From positions 20,525 through 84,524 of the forward strand of contig JBLIML010000003.1 in NCBI GenBank assembly GCA_047638675.1: DNA of 64,000 nucleotides, in the 5' to 3' direction. The notes under the pieces are model-generated. The model worked only from the letters and a program-made list of their open reading frames with translations, was not told the origin of the DNA and searched no databases. Each line of letters opens with the position of its first letter. Within the stretch, counting starts at the first letter, position 1. Shown piece after piece: positions 37,144 through 49,615 of the stretch. Source of the DNA: Planctomycetota bacterium (lineage in GTDB: Bacteria; Pseudomonadota; Gammaproteobacteria; Eutrophobiales; Eutrophobiaceae). Made by a program: the position numbers and the translations under genes.

Positions 37144-38444
37144 TGACAGTCAATTTGAAGTACCTGAAATTTAGCGATGCAGGTTTCAGGAAAGCGCTAG
37201 ATGTGCATTTGACAGTGCAAACCAATCTGGACGATGAATTAACTCAAACAGTCATCGATATTCTGAAAGATGTCAGGAATCGCGGCGATGAGGCGCTGAT
37301 TGAATACACCAATCGTTTCGATCGCCGGCAGGCCAGCATTGAAGATCTAGAGGTGCCGGGTGAAGCCATTCAATCTGCGCTAAACGAAATACCAGGCGCT
37401 ATTCGTGACGAACTTCAAAAAGCCGCGAAGCGTATTCGTAGTTACCATGAACATCAACGCCTTGAATCGTGGTCATATCATGATGAAGATGGAACTTTGT
37501 TAGGCCAAAAAGTAACACCGCTGGACAGCGTTGGCGTCTACGTACCTGGAGGTAAGGCGGCTTATCCCTCATCGGTATTGATGAATACCCTCCCTGCGAA
37601 AATAGCGGGAGTAGAGAAGATTATTATGGTGGTGCCTGCACCAGATGGAGAGATAAATCCTCTGGTTCTGGCCGCAGCCAGCATCGCCCAGGTTGATCGA
37701 GTATTCAGTATCGGTGGTGCTCAGGCGATCGCGGCATTGGCCTATGGTACGAACAGCGTGCCAGCCGTCGATAAGATAGTTGGGCCGGGGAACCGTTATG
37801 TGGCTGCCGCCAAGCGGCAGGTGTTTGGTACGGTGGGTATAGACATGATCGCCGGACCGTCGGAAGTGTTAATCGTCAGTGATGGCAAAAACAATCCAGA
37901 TTGGATTGCTATGGATATGTTTGCACAGGCAGAACACGACGAAGATGCACGGGCAATCTTGATTAGCACCGAAGCGAGTTTTATTGACGCTGTGAAGGAA
38001 AGCGTTAACAGACTCTTACCGGAAATGGAACGTAGGGAGATTATTGGTAAATCCCTTTCGAATAATGGCATTTTAATTTTGGTAAAAGATTTAGCGGAAG
38101 CCGCCGATTTGGTAAATCATATCGCACCAGAACATTTAGAATTGGCAGTTTCAGAGCCTGAAAAAATGCTAGGCCTGATTAAGCACGCCGGAGCCATTTT
38201 TATGGGGAAGTATACTGCAGAAGTTCTCGGGGACTATTGTGCAGGTCCAAACCACGTACTGCCGACTGCGCGCACTGCTCGTTTTTCATCACCTTTGGGC
38301 GTCTACGATTTTCAGAAACGTTCTTCTCTTATTATGTGTAGTGAAGCGTCTGCCGCCGCTTTGGCAAGTACCGCTTCAATCCTGGCTTACGGTGAAGGAT
38401 TGACCGCCCACGCCCGCTCAGCGGAGCTACGTAAAAAAGATTGA
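37143..38444 (+). CDS. hisD: Histidinol dehydrogenase
   Basis: 433 aa with the blocks [32 protein letters not shown] and AQAEHDEDA. Its start overlaps the hisG stop. Confidence 0.95.
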   Translation: MTVNLKYLKFSDAGFRKALDVHLTVQTNLDDELTQTVIDILKDVRNRGDEALIEYTNRFDRRQASIEDLEVPGEAIQSALNEIPGAIRDELQKAAKRIRSYHEHQRLESWSYHDEDGTLLGQKVTPLDSVGVYVPGGKAAYPSSVLMNTLPAKIAGVEKIIMVVPAPDGEINPLVLAAASIAQVDRVFSIGGAQAIAALAYGTNSVPAVDKIVGPGNRYVAAAKRQVFGTVGIDMIAGPSEVLIVSDGKNNPDWIAMDMFAQAEHDEDARAILISTEASFIDAVKESVNRLLPEMERREIIGKSLSNNGILILVKDLAEAADLVNHIAPEHLELAVSEPEKMLGLIKHAGAIFMGKYTAEVLGDYCAGPNHVLPTARTARFSSPLGVYDFQKRSSLIMCSEASAAALASTASILAYGEGLTAHARSAELRKKD

Positions 38445-38509
38445 GTGCCTGACAGTGGTATTTCGATGCCGCCTCGGGGTTTTGCCAGGATTTACCTTTC
38501 CCACTATTA

Positions 38510-39655
38510 TCATTTCTTTTTGAAGGAGGGGCGCTGGGCAACGATTGCCGTGAGGGTTTTTTCTTGCCAGCCATGTAGTAGGCGGATATTGATCGCTGTT
38601 TCGGGTTTATATTCTGAAATCAGGTTAATAGCCTGCTGGGGATTCGCCAATTGCTTATTGTCGATCTCGATCAGAATATCCCCTGGCATAATGCCGGCCG
38701 CATCGGCAGGTCCGCCTTGAAATATACCGGCTATGAGTACACCTCCCCCGGTAAGCCCGGCCGCGTCGGCAACATCCATTGGCAGCTGTTGCGCCTCTAC
38801 ACCTAACCAGCCTCGGACCACATGACCGTTTTCAATAAGTTGCCGCATGACATCAATGGCCAGGTGTATCGGAATGGCAAGACCAATTCCCTGAGATCCT
38901 CCGCTACTGGAGATAATAGCGGTATTTATACCGATTAACTGGCCAGTAGCGCTAATCAAGGCACCGCCTGAATTGCCAGGATTGATATCGGCGTCGGTCT
39001 GAATGAAGTCTTCAAATGTGGTGATGCCGAGGCGTTTACGTCCGGTAGCGCTCACGATCCCCTGAGTGACAGTTTGTCCAAAATCATAAGGGTTGCCGAT
39101 GGCCAGAACAACGTCACCAACTCTCAGTGAGTGGGAGTCACCAATGGTAATGTCTGGTAGCTTTTGCAGATCGATTTGTATTACAGCCAGATCAGTATCT
39201 TCATCCATTCCTACTACAGTGGCAATCGCTTGTCGGCCATCAGTGAGCGTGACGAGGATTTCATCAGCAGACTTGACCACATGTGCATTGGTTAGGATAT
39301 AGCCTTGCTCTCCGATTAATACGCCTGAGCCAAGGTTATTGTCTCGTCGGATCTCCGGTGTAGGCTTACCGAAGAAACGTTGAAACAAGGGGTCTTGAAA
39401 TAAGGGATTAGGCTTGCGCCTGCGCAGGGCTGAGGCATAAACATTTACCACCGATGGCGCCGCGACACTGACCGCGTGTTGATAGGAAACCGGACCCTGG
39501 TGTAAACCCTCAGAAGCAGGGATAGCTGTGGCTGAGCTAGTATTAGTGGAAATTAAGTTCGGGAAGAAATAGACAATGATAAATGCCGTAGCGAGGCCAA
39601 GGGCAATGGATTGCAGTAAAAAGCCGATTAATTGGCCAAGCTGGCTATTCTTCAT
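38510..39655 (-). CDS. DegS/AlgW-type periplasmic serine endoprotease (S1C, single PDZ)
   Basis: 381 aa with an N-terminal anchor, the catalytic blocks TNAHVV, DLAVIQI and GNSGGAL, and one C-terminal PDZ domain. Confidence 0.85.
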   Translation of the reverse strand: MKNSQLGQLIGFLLQSIALGLATAFIIVYFFPNLISTNTSSATAIPASEGLHQGPVSYQHAVSVAAPSVVNVYASALRRRKPNPLFQDPLFQRFFGKPTPEIRRDNNLGSGVLIGEQGYILTNAHVVKSADEILVTLTDGRQAIATVVGMDEDTDLAVIQIDLQKLPDITIGDSHSLRVGDVVLAIGNPYDFGQTVTQGIVSATGRKRLGITTFEDFIQTDADINPGNSGGALISATGQLIGINTAIISSSGGSQGIGLAIPIHLAIDVMRQLIENGHVVRGWLGVEAQQLPMDVADAAGLTGGGVLIAGIFQGGPADAAGIMPGDILIEIDNKQLANPQQAINLISEYKPETAINIRLLHGWQEKTLTAIVAQRPSFKKK

Positions 39656-39858
39656 AAAATACTTTAAGTAAATGACAATTATTAGCCCTTAGTGTACCAA
39701 TTTGTTGGAACGACTTAGCCGACTATTTAAGGCAATTTTTAGATAAAACTAGCGTTATGCTGAGGCTAACAGGAGTTTTCCACCACCATAGTTTTTTTAT
39801 CATGATATAATCCGCCACATTTTAGGCTTATCTATCTGTATTTTGGGGAACAAATATA

Positions 39859-40458
39859 ATGAGCGACGACGGTATTAACACGGGGCGCCGACGCTTTCTC
39901 ACCACGTCAGCAACCGTGGTAGGTGGTGTCGGTGTATTGGCAACAGCAGTGCCTTTTGTATCTACCTTCACACCCAGCGCGAAAGCGAAGGCCATAGGTG
40001 CGCCAATAGAGGTTGATATCGGTGATATCAAGCAAGGTGAAGTGAAGATTGTAAAATGGCAAGGCAAGCCTGTATGGATTTTAAGGCGTGATGAGGCGGC
40101 ATTACATACGCTTGACGACCTCGAAGGTGAGGTGAAAGATCCAGAATCGGAGGTGGAGCAACAACCGAAGTATGCACGTAACCATCATCGGTCCATCAAA
40201 CCTGAATATTTAATCGTTGTCGGATACTGCACCCATTTAGGTTGTTCCCCCAAGCACGTAGTGGAAGGCGAAGGCGAGGCTTTTGGTCTGTCTGATGACT
40301 GGGAGGGTGGTTTTTTCTGTCCTTGCCATGGCAGTCGCTTCGATTTAGCTGGTCGCGTTTTCAAAGGCGTACCCGCACCAACAAATCTGATTGTACCTCC
40401 ACACCAGTACCTCAGTGAAACTCGCGTCATTATTGGCGAAGATTCGGGGGTTAGCTGA
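39859..40458 (+). CDS. petA: Ubiquinol-cytochrome c reductase, Rieske iron-sulfur subunit
   Basis: 199 aa with a Tat motif (RRRFLT) and Rieske boxes (CTHLGC and CPCHGSRF). Confidence 0.95.
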   Translation: MSDDGINTGRRRFLTTSATVVGGVGVLATAVPFVSTFTPSAKAKAIGAPIEVDIGDIKQGEVKIVKWQGKPVWILRRDEAALHTLDDLEGEVKDPESEVEQQPKYARNHHRSIKPEYLIVVGYCTHLGCSPKHVVEGEGEAFGLSDDWEGGFFCPCHGSRFDLAGRVFKGVPAPTNLIVPPHQYLSETRVIIGEDSGVS

Positions 40459-41690
40459 TGAATATGATAGTCAAATCGCTTTACGGCTTGCGTGATTGGG
40501 TCGACGCCCGTTATCCAATGACGAAATTGTGGGATGAACACCTCGCTAAGTATTACGCGCCGAAAAACTTCAATTTCTGGTATTTTTTTGGTGGCCTCGC
40601 GATTCTGGTACTGGTCATACAGATTGTTACCGGCATCTGGTTGACCATGAATTACAAACCCTCGGCAGAGATGGCATTTGCTTCCGTCGAATACATAATG
40701 CGCGATGTGGATTGGGGCTGGCTAATACGTTATATGCACTCAACCGGTGCCTCATTCTTTTTTATCGTTATTTATCTGCATATGTACCGGGCAATGCTCT
40801 ATGGATCCTATAAGAAACCCAGAGAATTGCTCTGGATTTTCGGCATGGTGATTTACCTGACCCTCATGGCTGAAGCCTTTTTCGGATACCTGCTACCCTG
40901 GGGACAGATGTCCTACTGGGGTGCCCAGGTGATTATCTCTCTGTTCAGCGCCTTACCTTTTATCGGTGATGAATTGTCGCTGTTTATACGAGGTGATTTT
41001 GTTGTCTCCGATGTGACTTTGAATCGCTTCTTTTCCTTTCATGTGATTGCCATCCCGCTGCTTATTTGTGGTCTGGTGGTAGCACATATAATTTCCTTAC
41101 ATGAGGTGGGTTCCAACAATCCGGATGGCATCGAAATCAAGTCGATGAAGGGTGCAAACGGTATACCGCTTGATGGCATACCCTTTCATCCCTATTACAC
41201 CGTGAAAGATATCGTTGGGGCGGTAGTGTTCCTGATATTTTTCGTTGCCGTGATCTTCTTTGCGCCGGAAATGGGTGGTTATTTTCTGGAGCATGCGAAC
41301 TTTGTACCGGCTGATCCATTGAAAACCCCGGAGCACATAGCGCCGGTTTGGTATTTCACCCCCTTCTATGCCATTTTGAGGGCGATACCCAATCAACTAG
41401 GTGGCGTTATAGCCATGGGCTTATCGACCACTATCTTTTTCTTGTTACCCTGGCTGGATCGCAGCCCGGTGAAGTCAATACGTTATCGTGGTTGGAACTA
41501 CAAGATTGCGCTGACTGCATTTACCATTAGCTTCCTGATGCTGGGTTGGCTGGGTATGCAACCTGCCACCACTACCTACACATGGATGGCGCGGTTTTTC
41601 ACGATGATTTATTTTCTTTTCTTTATTTTGATGCCGTTCTACACAAGTAACGACAATGACAAAGCTGTCCCGGAAAGGGTGACATCATGA
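40458..41690 (+). CDS. petB: Cytochrome b
   Basis: 410 aa, polytopic. It has the cytochrome b blocks WYFFGGLA, RYMHSTGASFFF and PEWYF-like PVWYFTPFYAILR. Confidence 0.95.
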   Translation: MNMIVKSLYGLRDWVDARYPMTKLWDEHLAKYYAPKNFNFWYFFGGLAILVLVIQIVTGIWLTMNYKPSAEMAFASVEYIMRDVDWGWLIRYMHSTGASFFFIVIYLHMYRAMLYGSYKKPRELLWIFGMVIYLTLMAEAFFGYLLPWGQMSYWGAQVIISLFSALPFIGDELSLFIRGDFVVSDVTLNRFFSFHVIAIPLLICGLVVAHIISLHEVGSNNPDGIEIKSMKGANGIPLDGIPFHPYYTVKDIVGAVVFLIFFVAVIFFAPEMGGYFLEHANFVPADPLKTPEHIAPVWYFTPFYAILRAIPNQLGGVIAMGLSTTIFFLLPWLDRSPVKSIRYRGWNYKIALTAFTISFLMLGWLGMQPATTTYTWMARFFTMIYFLFFILMPFYTSNDNDKAVPERVTS

Positions 41691-42436
41691 GAGCGCCGAT
41701 ATTTTTATTGGTCACAGGAATTCTCTTTAGTAGCTCGGTCTTCGCAGCATCGGGTGGTCATGCGCTTATGCACGCCAACAACGATTTATCAGATCGTGCC
41801 TCTTTGCAGCGTGGTGCGCGGACCTTTGTGAATTATTGTCTCAGTTGTCACTCAGCCGCCTACATGCGTTTTAATCGTATCGGTCAAGATCTGGGGATCA
41901 GTGATGATATTTTGAAAAGCAACCTGATGTTCGGTACAGACAAGACCGGTGATACCATGACCATCGCTATGACCAAGCTGGATGCTGAGTCGTATTTCGG
42001 AGGTGCCGCACCACCAGATCTCTCAGTGACTGCACGTTCAAAAGGCGTCGATTGGCTCTACACTTATTTCATGACTTTTTACCGTGACTCTTCACGGCCG
42101 TTTGGTGTTAATAATCTTGCTTTCAAAGATGTTAGCATGCCGCATGTGTTGTGGGAGTTACAGGGATGGCAGCGTCCTGTTTTTGATGAGGAACAACATA
42201 AAGATGGTAGTGTAACGAAAAAAATTGTTCATCTTGAACAGGAGACAGAAGGCACACAATCTCCTCAAGAATATGCAGTAACTGTCAGGGACCTGGTCAA
42301 CTTCATGGACTATATCGGTGAACCTATCAAGCTCAAACGTCATAAGATCGGCTTTTGGGCGATTTTTTATCTTCTGCTTATTTTGTTACCCATCGTCTAT
42401 CTCCTGAAAAAGGAATATTGGAAAGATGTACATTGA
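41687..42436 (+). CDS. petC: Cytochrome c1
   Basis: 249 aa with a signal peptide, heme motif CLSCHS, PPDLS, and a C-terminal TM anchor. Confidence 0.9.
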   Translation: MRAPIFLLVTGILFSSSVFAASGGHALMHANNDLSDRASLQRGARTFVNYCLSCHSAAYMRFNRIGQDLGISDDILKSNLMFGTDKTGDTMTIAMTKLDAESYFGGAAPPDLSVTARSKGVDWLYTYFMTFYRDSSRPFGVNNLAFKDVSMPHVLWELQGWQRPVFDEEQHKDGSVTKKIVHLEQETEGTQSPQEYAVTVRDLVNFMDYIGEPIKLKRHKIGFWAIFYLLLILLPIVYLLKKEYWKDVH

Positions 42437-42496
42437 GTTGATTTATTGACTCTTAATAGTTCAACCACTTCTTAGTAGTCAACAAAGGGGAATTTT

Positions 42497-43123
42497 ATGG
42501 TGAGTGTAGCCAACAGGCGCTCAGTAATGGTGCTGTATTCGGATACTACCAGTCCGATAGGACACGGTGTACGCATTGTATTGGCAGAAAAGGATATCAA
42601 TGTAGAGGTAAATTACATCAGCGATGACCAGCGTCCGGAAGAATTGAATGATTTAAACCCATACAATACAGTATTGACGCTCATTGACAGGGAACTGGTT
42701 TTGTACGATGCCCAGATAATTATGGAATATCTCGATGAACGCTTTCCTCATCCCCCATTGATGCCAGTCGATCCCGTGAGCCGCGCCAGTAATCGACAGC
42801 TACGTTTCCGCGTTTATAATGATCTTTATTCACTGCTTGATGATATAGAAGGGGATGATGAAACTGCTGCAAATAATGCCAGAAAAAGCATGCGCGATAA
42901 TCTAACCGCAATCGCTCCGGCGTTTGCCCAAAAACCTTATTTTATGTCGGACGAGTACACACTTATTGATTGTTTGTTGGCTCCTTTATTGTGGCGTATC
43001 GATCAGTACGACATTAAACTTCCTGCGTCAGCAAAAATTCTTACTCAATACGCGGATAGTTTGTTTGATCGCGAAGCTTTTAAAATTAGTATGTCTGATA
43101 TTGAAAGAGAAATGAGAATCTAA
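42497..43123 (+). CDS. sspA: Stringent starvation protein A
   Basis: 208 aa, GST-like. The N-terminus is RSVMVLYSD and the gene is followed by sspB. Confidence 0.9.
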   Translation: MVSVANRRSVMVLYSDTTSPIGHGVRIVLAEKDINVEVNYISDDQRPEELNDLNPYNTVLTLIDRELVLYDAQIIMEYLDERFPHPPLMPVDPVSRASNRQLRFRVYNDLYSLLDDIEGDDETAANNARKSMRDNLTAIAPAFAQKPYFMSDEYTLIDCLLAPLLWRIDQYDIKLPASAKILTQYADSLFDREAFKISMSDIEREMRI

Positions 43124-43144
43124 CACGCTTTTACCTTACGGTTT

Positions 43145-43531
43145 ATGACATCAACTCGCCCCTATTTGTTACGTGCTCTTTATGAATGGATGATTGATAA
43201 CGGATTGACACCCCATTTATTGGTTGATGCTAAAGCGGAGCACGTTGATGTTCCACGGCAATATGTTGAGAATGATAAAATTGTCTTGAACATTACGCCT
43301 GATGCCATTCAGGATCTGAATATCGGAAACGAGTTTCTCAGTTTTAACGCACGCTTTGCCGGCAAGTCCCAGCATATACTGACGCCCGTGGCGGCAGTGT
43401 TAGCAATTTATGCAAAGGAAAATGGAGAAGGTATGGTGTTTCCTGAGGAAGAAACTGAGGTCAACACTGGTTCGCCGAATAGGGATAGTCCTGTTCCCAC
43501 AAAAAAACCGCATTTGAAAGTCATCAAGTAA
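43145..43531 (+). CDS. sspB: ClpXP adaptor SspB
   Basis: 128 aa with the N-terminus RPYLLRALYEWMIDNGLTPHLLV and the C-terminal ClpX-tethering tail LKVIK. Confidence 0.9.
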   Translation: MTSTRPYLLRALYEWMIDNGLTPHLLVDAKAEHVDVPRQYVENDKIVLNITPDAIQDLNIGNEFLSFNARFAGKSQHILTPVAAVLAIYAKENGEGMVFPEEETEVNTGSPNRDSPVPTKKPHLKVIK

Positions 43532-43698
43532 CCTTGTGATGATTCTATCCCCGGATCCTGGTGGATATGGCGATAGCCAAGATATGCTCAGCTTTTGGAA
43601 TTGTGCGAAGTATTACCCCAGCTTGATTGTTACCCGCGCTTTGTTTGCTCTTGTTTGTTGGATTAAGTAGCTACAGGCAATTGTCGCTGTAATAATTA

Positions 43699-44292
43699 TC
43701 AGGGAGAATCAGGCGAAGATTTATCGCTATACTGGAATAGCTTTACAACTTTTTGAACCCCACCTGTTTGACGAGCGATTTCAGTTGCCTTGTCCGCATC
43801 TTGCCGGTTGAGCAAGCCCATAAGATAGACCACACCGTTTTCAGTGACGACCTTAACATGTGTTCCATCCAGATTTTTCTCAACAATCAATTTGCTTTTT
43901 ACCTTCGTAGTAATCACCGTATCGGCACTGCGTGACATCAGTGAGCTGGGGCCAGCTATGCTAATTTCATCATGCACATGAGTGACTTTGGGAATGTTTC
44001 TGACTATCTGGATTGCTCGCTGACGTAACTCTTCAGTGGGAGCCTCACCGCTGACCAGAACAATAGTATTAAAACTGGTGACATTAAGATGCGTTTGTTT
44101 ACTGAGCTCTTTATCTTGCAGAATTTCTTTCACGCTTTTTAACTCAATAGCTTCATCCTCAATGAATGTACCGGTTGTTCGCCTGTCGTGTGCGACGTTG
44201 GCACCGGTAGCTGCACCGCCAACAATCACAGCAGCACAACCTGGTAATATTAATAAAATACTTAGCAGTGCAAGCAAATTTAAGTTTTTCAT
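43699..44292 (-). CDS. dolP: Dual-BON-domain outer-membrane lipoprotein DolP/YraP
   Basis: 197 aa with a lipobox (LPGCAA) and two BON repeats. It sits in the conserved yraLMNOP neighbourhood. Confidence 0.8.
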   Translation of the reverse strand: MKNLNLLALLSILLILPGCAAVIVGGAATGANVAHDRRTTGTFIEDEAIELKSVKEILQDKELSKQTHLNVTSFNTIVLVSGEAPTEELRQRAIQIVRNIPKVTHVHDEISIAGPSSLMSRSADTVITTKVKSKLIVEKNLDGTHVKVVTENGVVYLMGLLNRQDADKATEIARQTGGVQKVVKLFQYSDKSSPDSP

Positions 44293-44294
44293 AA

Positions 44295-45285
<991 letters not shown>

Positions 45286-45289
<4 letters not shown>

Positions 45290-47145
45290 TGCATCATTTC
45301 TTCATCTATTAGCCTGGGTTTGCCATTAACGAACTTCGCCCATAAAAGTTTACGTTGTATACGACCTTCCTTAGTCATATACAAATCTCCCGTTTCACCG
45401 GAGTAGACGGCGGTGTCTTGCAGGGCCAGTTTTCCCAGAAATGGAATCATACGATAAGCATCGATACCCAATGCATATAAACGCCTCTGACCTGAAGTAT
45501 CCGCTGACCAGTTACTGTTAAGACCTGCATGAACAGATGATGATTGGTTCTTTACATTCAGCAAAGCCGGCATGTCGGTAAAGAGAATGCCATTCATGTC
45601 ACTATCCGCTTGTGGGTTTTCAATTCCACTATAGCTGTGTGAAGAGGAATAGACAGGAATTCCCTCTGCCAGATAAAAGCGGAATTGCGGTACGATTTGG
45701 CGTGCAGATAAAGGAACTGCAGCCATAAAAATCATATCTGCATCTTTTCGAAGCCGTGGTTCACTTTTCAAGTCACGGTTTATTTTTTGCCGCAGCTTAT
45801 TGGCACGTAATTGACTACTGTCGATATTCAGAAGTTTCTTAACCGGTGTCGAATAATCCAGAGCTCGATGATCATAACTCACGTATTCAAGTACTTTGCC
45901 ACCGAGTGCTGTCCAGGCTTCCCCGAAAGCACTAGCAAGCCGAAAACCCCACTCATCATTGGGGGATATTACCAGGGCTTTGTTGTGGCCATCAAAGATC
46001 CCTTTTTCTGCCACTTGCCGGGCTTCGTCCTCTGGTGAGAGACCGAACTGAATAATTTTCGGCAATTGCTGTGGACTGGCGTGTGTATTTTCATGGCTCG
46101 CTTGTTCGGCCTGATTGAGTGCCAATACGGTGACGTCTAATCTACTCTGTAGCAATGTCTCTACTGCCTGTTTCTCCAGAGGCCCAACGATGAAATCAGC
46201 GCCATCACTCACAGCCTGTCGATAGACACTTTCAATATTTAATGCGCTCGCATCATAAATGCTGATCCTGGGTCTGTGATCCTGGTTCTCATACCAGGCT
46301 GCGAGAAACCCATCACGAATGGCATGGGCCGCTTTTTCATATTGGCCTGTTAGCGGTAGTAACAGGGCAATGTGCTCGGGTTGCAGTACAGCCTTTTGAC
46401 TTAAGGCCAGGATTTGTCGCGTAATAACGGGTGCTGCTGCGTGACCCTGGTACTGTTCAATCCAGCTTTGCAGAGCCTGAACAAGCATGTCAGGATTGAA
46501 TAACATCGTTTGATTAATAATGGTGAGTTCTATCCAGGCGATCATGGCTTCGGATCCGCTGTTGCGTAATTCTCTTAGCACCGGGAGATTGATGCGATTA
46601 AGGTCATTCCAGATGTGATTGATGTTCGACAATCGTTCAACTGGGTCGACTAGATACTTGTTCAGTTGAATTCGTTCCTCAGCAGCGTTGATGAAACTAA
46701 GTGTCTGTTCGTAGGCCTCCGATTTTGTTCTTCGCCATAAACTTAGCAGTTCTATTGAAGTCTCTGTTCCAGGGGGAGTTGCGAGTAATTGTAGAGCGGG
46801 ATTCGCCTGGTTATTTATAAGAGCAATCCGTGCCATCAAAATATTTTTATAAAAACTGTCATTTTGTTTGTCTGCCTCAATGTGCATCAAAATATCGCTA
46901 GCCTGTTCGCTATCTTCGGCCCGGATGAGACTATCCGCTGTTCTCAACTGATAGAAAACCGCCTGTTCTGGATAGATCTTTGTCAGACGAATGTACTCTT
47001 CAGCGGCGGCCAGGAAATTCCCTGTTACAATTAGCTGCTTTGCCTGTGCTTCGGGATTTTCTTCAATGGTCGTTTCTTTTTTTGTTTGCTGATTGCAAGC
47101 CTGACAAAGCAAGGCGAGCACGATGCAATAGAGCGCTATTCGCAT
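45286..47145 (-). CDS. lpoA: Penicillin-binding protein activator LpoA (YraM)
   Basis: 619 aa lipoprotein (LLCQAC) with an N-terminal TPR-like domain and a C-terminal periplasmic-binding-protein-like domain. It is divergent from rsmI. Confidence 0.75.
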
Positions 47146-47189
47146 TTAAGTGTCCCGTGTAAAATTAACATTTAGACCAGCCTAACCAA

Positions 47190-48062
47190 GTGGAGTTTAC
47201 TGTGTCAAATCAATCTGGCCTGTTATATGTGGTGGCGACGCCGATCGGTAATCTCGAGGATATAACAGAGAGAGGCAGACGTATATTGGCTGAAGTTGAT
47301 CTCATTGCCGCAGAAGACACCCGTCACAGCAAAAAGTTACTGGCACATTTGGGCATTTCCACGCCAATGTGTGCCTATCATGATCATAATGAACACAAAG
47401 CCGCCTCCGGAATCATTGAACTCCTTAAGAAAGGCAGGAATATTGCCTTAATATCTGATGCCGGGACACCTCTGATTCACGATCCAGGTTACCAACTTAT
47501 AAAACTGGCCCATGAGCACGACATAAAGCTTGTTCCGGTTCCCGGGGCCTGTGCGGCGATCACCGCATTATCGGTGGCTGGCATCGCAACAGATCGTTTT
47601 ATCTTCGAGGGATTTTTGCCTGAAAAACAGATGGCCAGACGCAAGCGTTTGCAGGAATTAGCGAGTGAAACACGTACCCTGGTGTTTTACGAAGCCCCAC
47701 ATCGGATACGCGTGTTTATGCAGGACTGCGAGAGTGCTTTTGGTCGTGATCGTCAAGCTTGTATTGGCCGCGAATTAAGCAAGTATTACGAGACTATTAA
47801 AAATGACACTTTGGAGAGCTTAAATCTTTGGCTGCAAAATGACGAAAGTCAGCTCAAGGGGGAGTTTGTCGTCGTGGTTCAAGGGGATATTGATGCCCCT
47901 GGGCATGATGAAGAAGACGCAATACGTATTCTAAAAATACTGTTAAAAGCGAGCTCTGTTAAGCAGGCTAGTACACTTGCCGCGGAGATTACAGGTTTGA
48001 AAAAAAATGACTTATATAAGTTGGCGCTGGCTTTGCAGGATAAAGTGAAAAGTAAAAAGTGA
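47190..48062 (+). CDS. rsmI: 16S rRNA (cytidine1402-2'-O)-methyltransferase
   Basis: 290 aa with LYVVATPIGNLEDIT and AAEDTRHS. The start may be the GTG at 47202. Confidence 0.9.
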   Translation: MEFTVSNQSGLLYVVATPIGNLEDITERGRRILAEVDLIAAEDTRHSKKLLAHLGISTPMCAYHDHNEHKAASGIIELLKKGRNIALISDAGTPLIHDPGYQLIKLAHEHDIKLVPVPGACAAITALSVAGIATDRFIFEGFLPEKQMARRKRLQELASETRTLVFYEAPHRIRVFMQDCESAFGRDRQACIGRELSKYYETIKNDTLESLNLWLQNDESQLKGEFVVVVQGDIDAPGHDEEDAIRILKILLKASSVKQASTLAAEITGLKKNDLYKLALALQDKVKSKK

Positions 48063-48160
48063 AAACAGTAAGATTTACGTCGGCGACTGGATTTCCTGCT
48101 TCACTCATCAGATGTGATAATAGTGGTAATGAAGTAGTATTTTTAGTAGCTTTGCGTCCG

Positions 48161-48517
48161 GGAAGTCGGCCAGGTAATCGCTGTCGTTTTACGATAGAGG
48201 AAAGTCCGGGCTCCACAGGACAGGATGCCAGGTAACACCTGGACGGCGTGAGCCGATGGAAAGTGCCACAGAAAATATACCGCCTCGCCTGGCGAGGTAA
48301 GGGTGAAATGGTGTGGTAAGAGCACACCGCGCCGCTGGCAACAGCGGTGGCAGGGTAAACCCCATCCGGAGCAAGACCAAATAGGAACCCATCAGGTGTG
48401 GTCCGCACTGGGTTCGGGTAGGTCGCTAGAGGTTTACGGTGACGTGAATCCCAGATGAATGATTACCTCTGTTAATGAAAATTATCAGGACAGAACCCGG
48501 CTTACAGGTCGACTTCC
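48161..48517 (+). ncRNA. rnpB: RNase P RNA, bacterial type A
   Basis: It has the universal blocks GAGGAAAGTCCGGGCTCCACAG, GGTAAGGGTGAAA and ACAGAACCCGGCTTA. The 5' GGAAGTCGGCC pairs with the 3' GGTCGACTTCC (P1). Confidence 0.95.
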
Positions 48518-48562
48518 TTTTTATTAAGCGGCAAATTAACTCGCAGATATACGGAGTAAAAT

Positions 48563-49336
48563 ATGTTGGTTGTCATTTCCCCGGCGAAGAAGCTGGATTT
48601 TGAATCTTCACCGCATGCGTCCCTGGTCTATACCCGACCGGCGATGTTGCCGGCAGCAGAGGAACTCATTGATGTAGCCCGGGATTTAAGTCACAAACAA
48701 ATGGCCAAATTGATGAACATTAGTGACAAGCTAGTGACACTGAATCAACAACGCTACCGCGATTTTTCCACTCCGTTTAATAAAAAAAATGCCAAACAGG
48801 CCGTGTTGTCCTTCATTGGTGACACCTACCTGGGGCTTGATGCCAGTAGCTTTTCTGAGAAGGATCATGCCCAGGCACAGCGCCACTTGAGGATATTGTC
48901 AGGTTTATATGGACTCTTACGACCGCTTGATTTGATTCAAGCCTATCGACTGGAAATGAGTATCAAGTTAAAAAATCCGAAAGGTAAAAATCTCTACGAT
49001 TTTTGGGGAAAACAAATTACTGATGGACTGAATAAAGCCATTACTAAATCCGGGAGCAATTTCCTGCTCAATTGTGCGTCCATCGATTACTTCAAGGTTG
49101 TCGACGCCAATTTAATCAAAGCGGAAATTATTACCCCAGTTTTCAAACAAGTTAAAAACGGCCAGGCTCGGATGATTGGGATGATGGCCAAGCGGGGTAG
49201 AGGCGCCATGGCGCGCTTCGTTATCCAGAACAACATTCATTCTCCCGAAGATCTGAAAGACTTCAGTGCTGAGGGCTATCGATTTCAAAGTACAGCTTCC
49301 GATCCGCGAATATTCGAGTTTCACCGACAGGCCTGA
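48563..49336 (+). CDS. yaaA: Peroxide stress protein YaaA (UPF0246)
   Basis: 257 aa. N-terminus MLVVISPAKKLDF, plus GDTYLGLDA and RILSGLYGLLRPLD. Confidence 0.9.
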   Translation: MLVVISPAKKLDFESSPHASLVYTRPAMLPAAEELIDVARDLSHKQMAKLMNISDKLVTLNQQRYRDFSTPFNKKNAKQAVLSFIGDTYLGLDASSFSEKDHAQAQRHLRILSGLYGLLRPLDLIQAYRLEMSIKLKNPKGKNLYDFWGKQITDGLNKAITKSGSNFLLNCASIDYFKVVDANLIKAEIITPVFKQVKNGQARMIGMMAKRGRGAMARFVIQNNIHSPEDLKDFSAEGYRFQSTASDPRIFEFHRQA

Positions 49337-49578
49337 GTAAGGAGCAGCCAGGTCGAAACTAAGGTCTTTACACTCGGGACCTAAAACTGTGCCAAGAGAG
49401 TGTATTTTCGACCGTTCATCTCACAACTTAAGGAATCACTTTAATATAAAATCTCAAGATAATGATATAAAAAGAGATAGTTAAGGCAAAGTCCTGCATT
49501 TCTGTTCCTATTTTCAACTTTTCGCTCATAAGTGTCTGTTACACAGACAGATTTCCTCCATAAAATCGCAAGATTTGC

Positions 49579-49608
49579 TTGACACAATAGATCACAAGTT
49601 CCTATAGT
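49579..49608 (+). promoter_or_regulatory. Pmra-like sigma70 promoter of the dcw cluster
   Basis: TTGACA (49579-49584), an 18-nt spacer, then TATAGT (49603-49608). This is about 60 nt upstream of mraZ. Confidence 0.6.
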
Positions 49609-49615
49609 TCACACG

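Noticed and set aside
38445-38509. Absence of hisC after hisG-hisD, and the short-form HisG implying a need for HisZ
   Set aside because: his genes are commonly split among loci and the missing genes are probably elsewhere. This cannot be evaluated from the window and is not unusual.
47989-48408. 139-aa minus-strand ORF, plus two smaller minus-strand ORFs at 48143-48392
   Set aside because: They lie antisense to the RNase P RNA gene. The open frames are a by-product of the GC-rich structured RNA.
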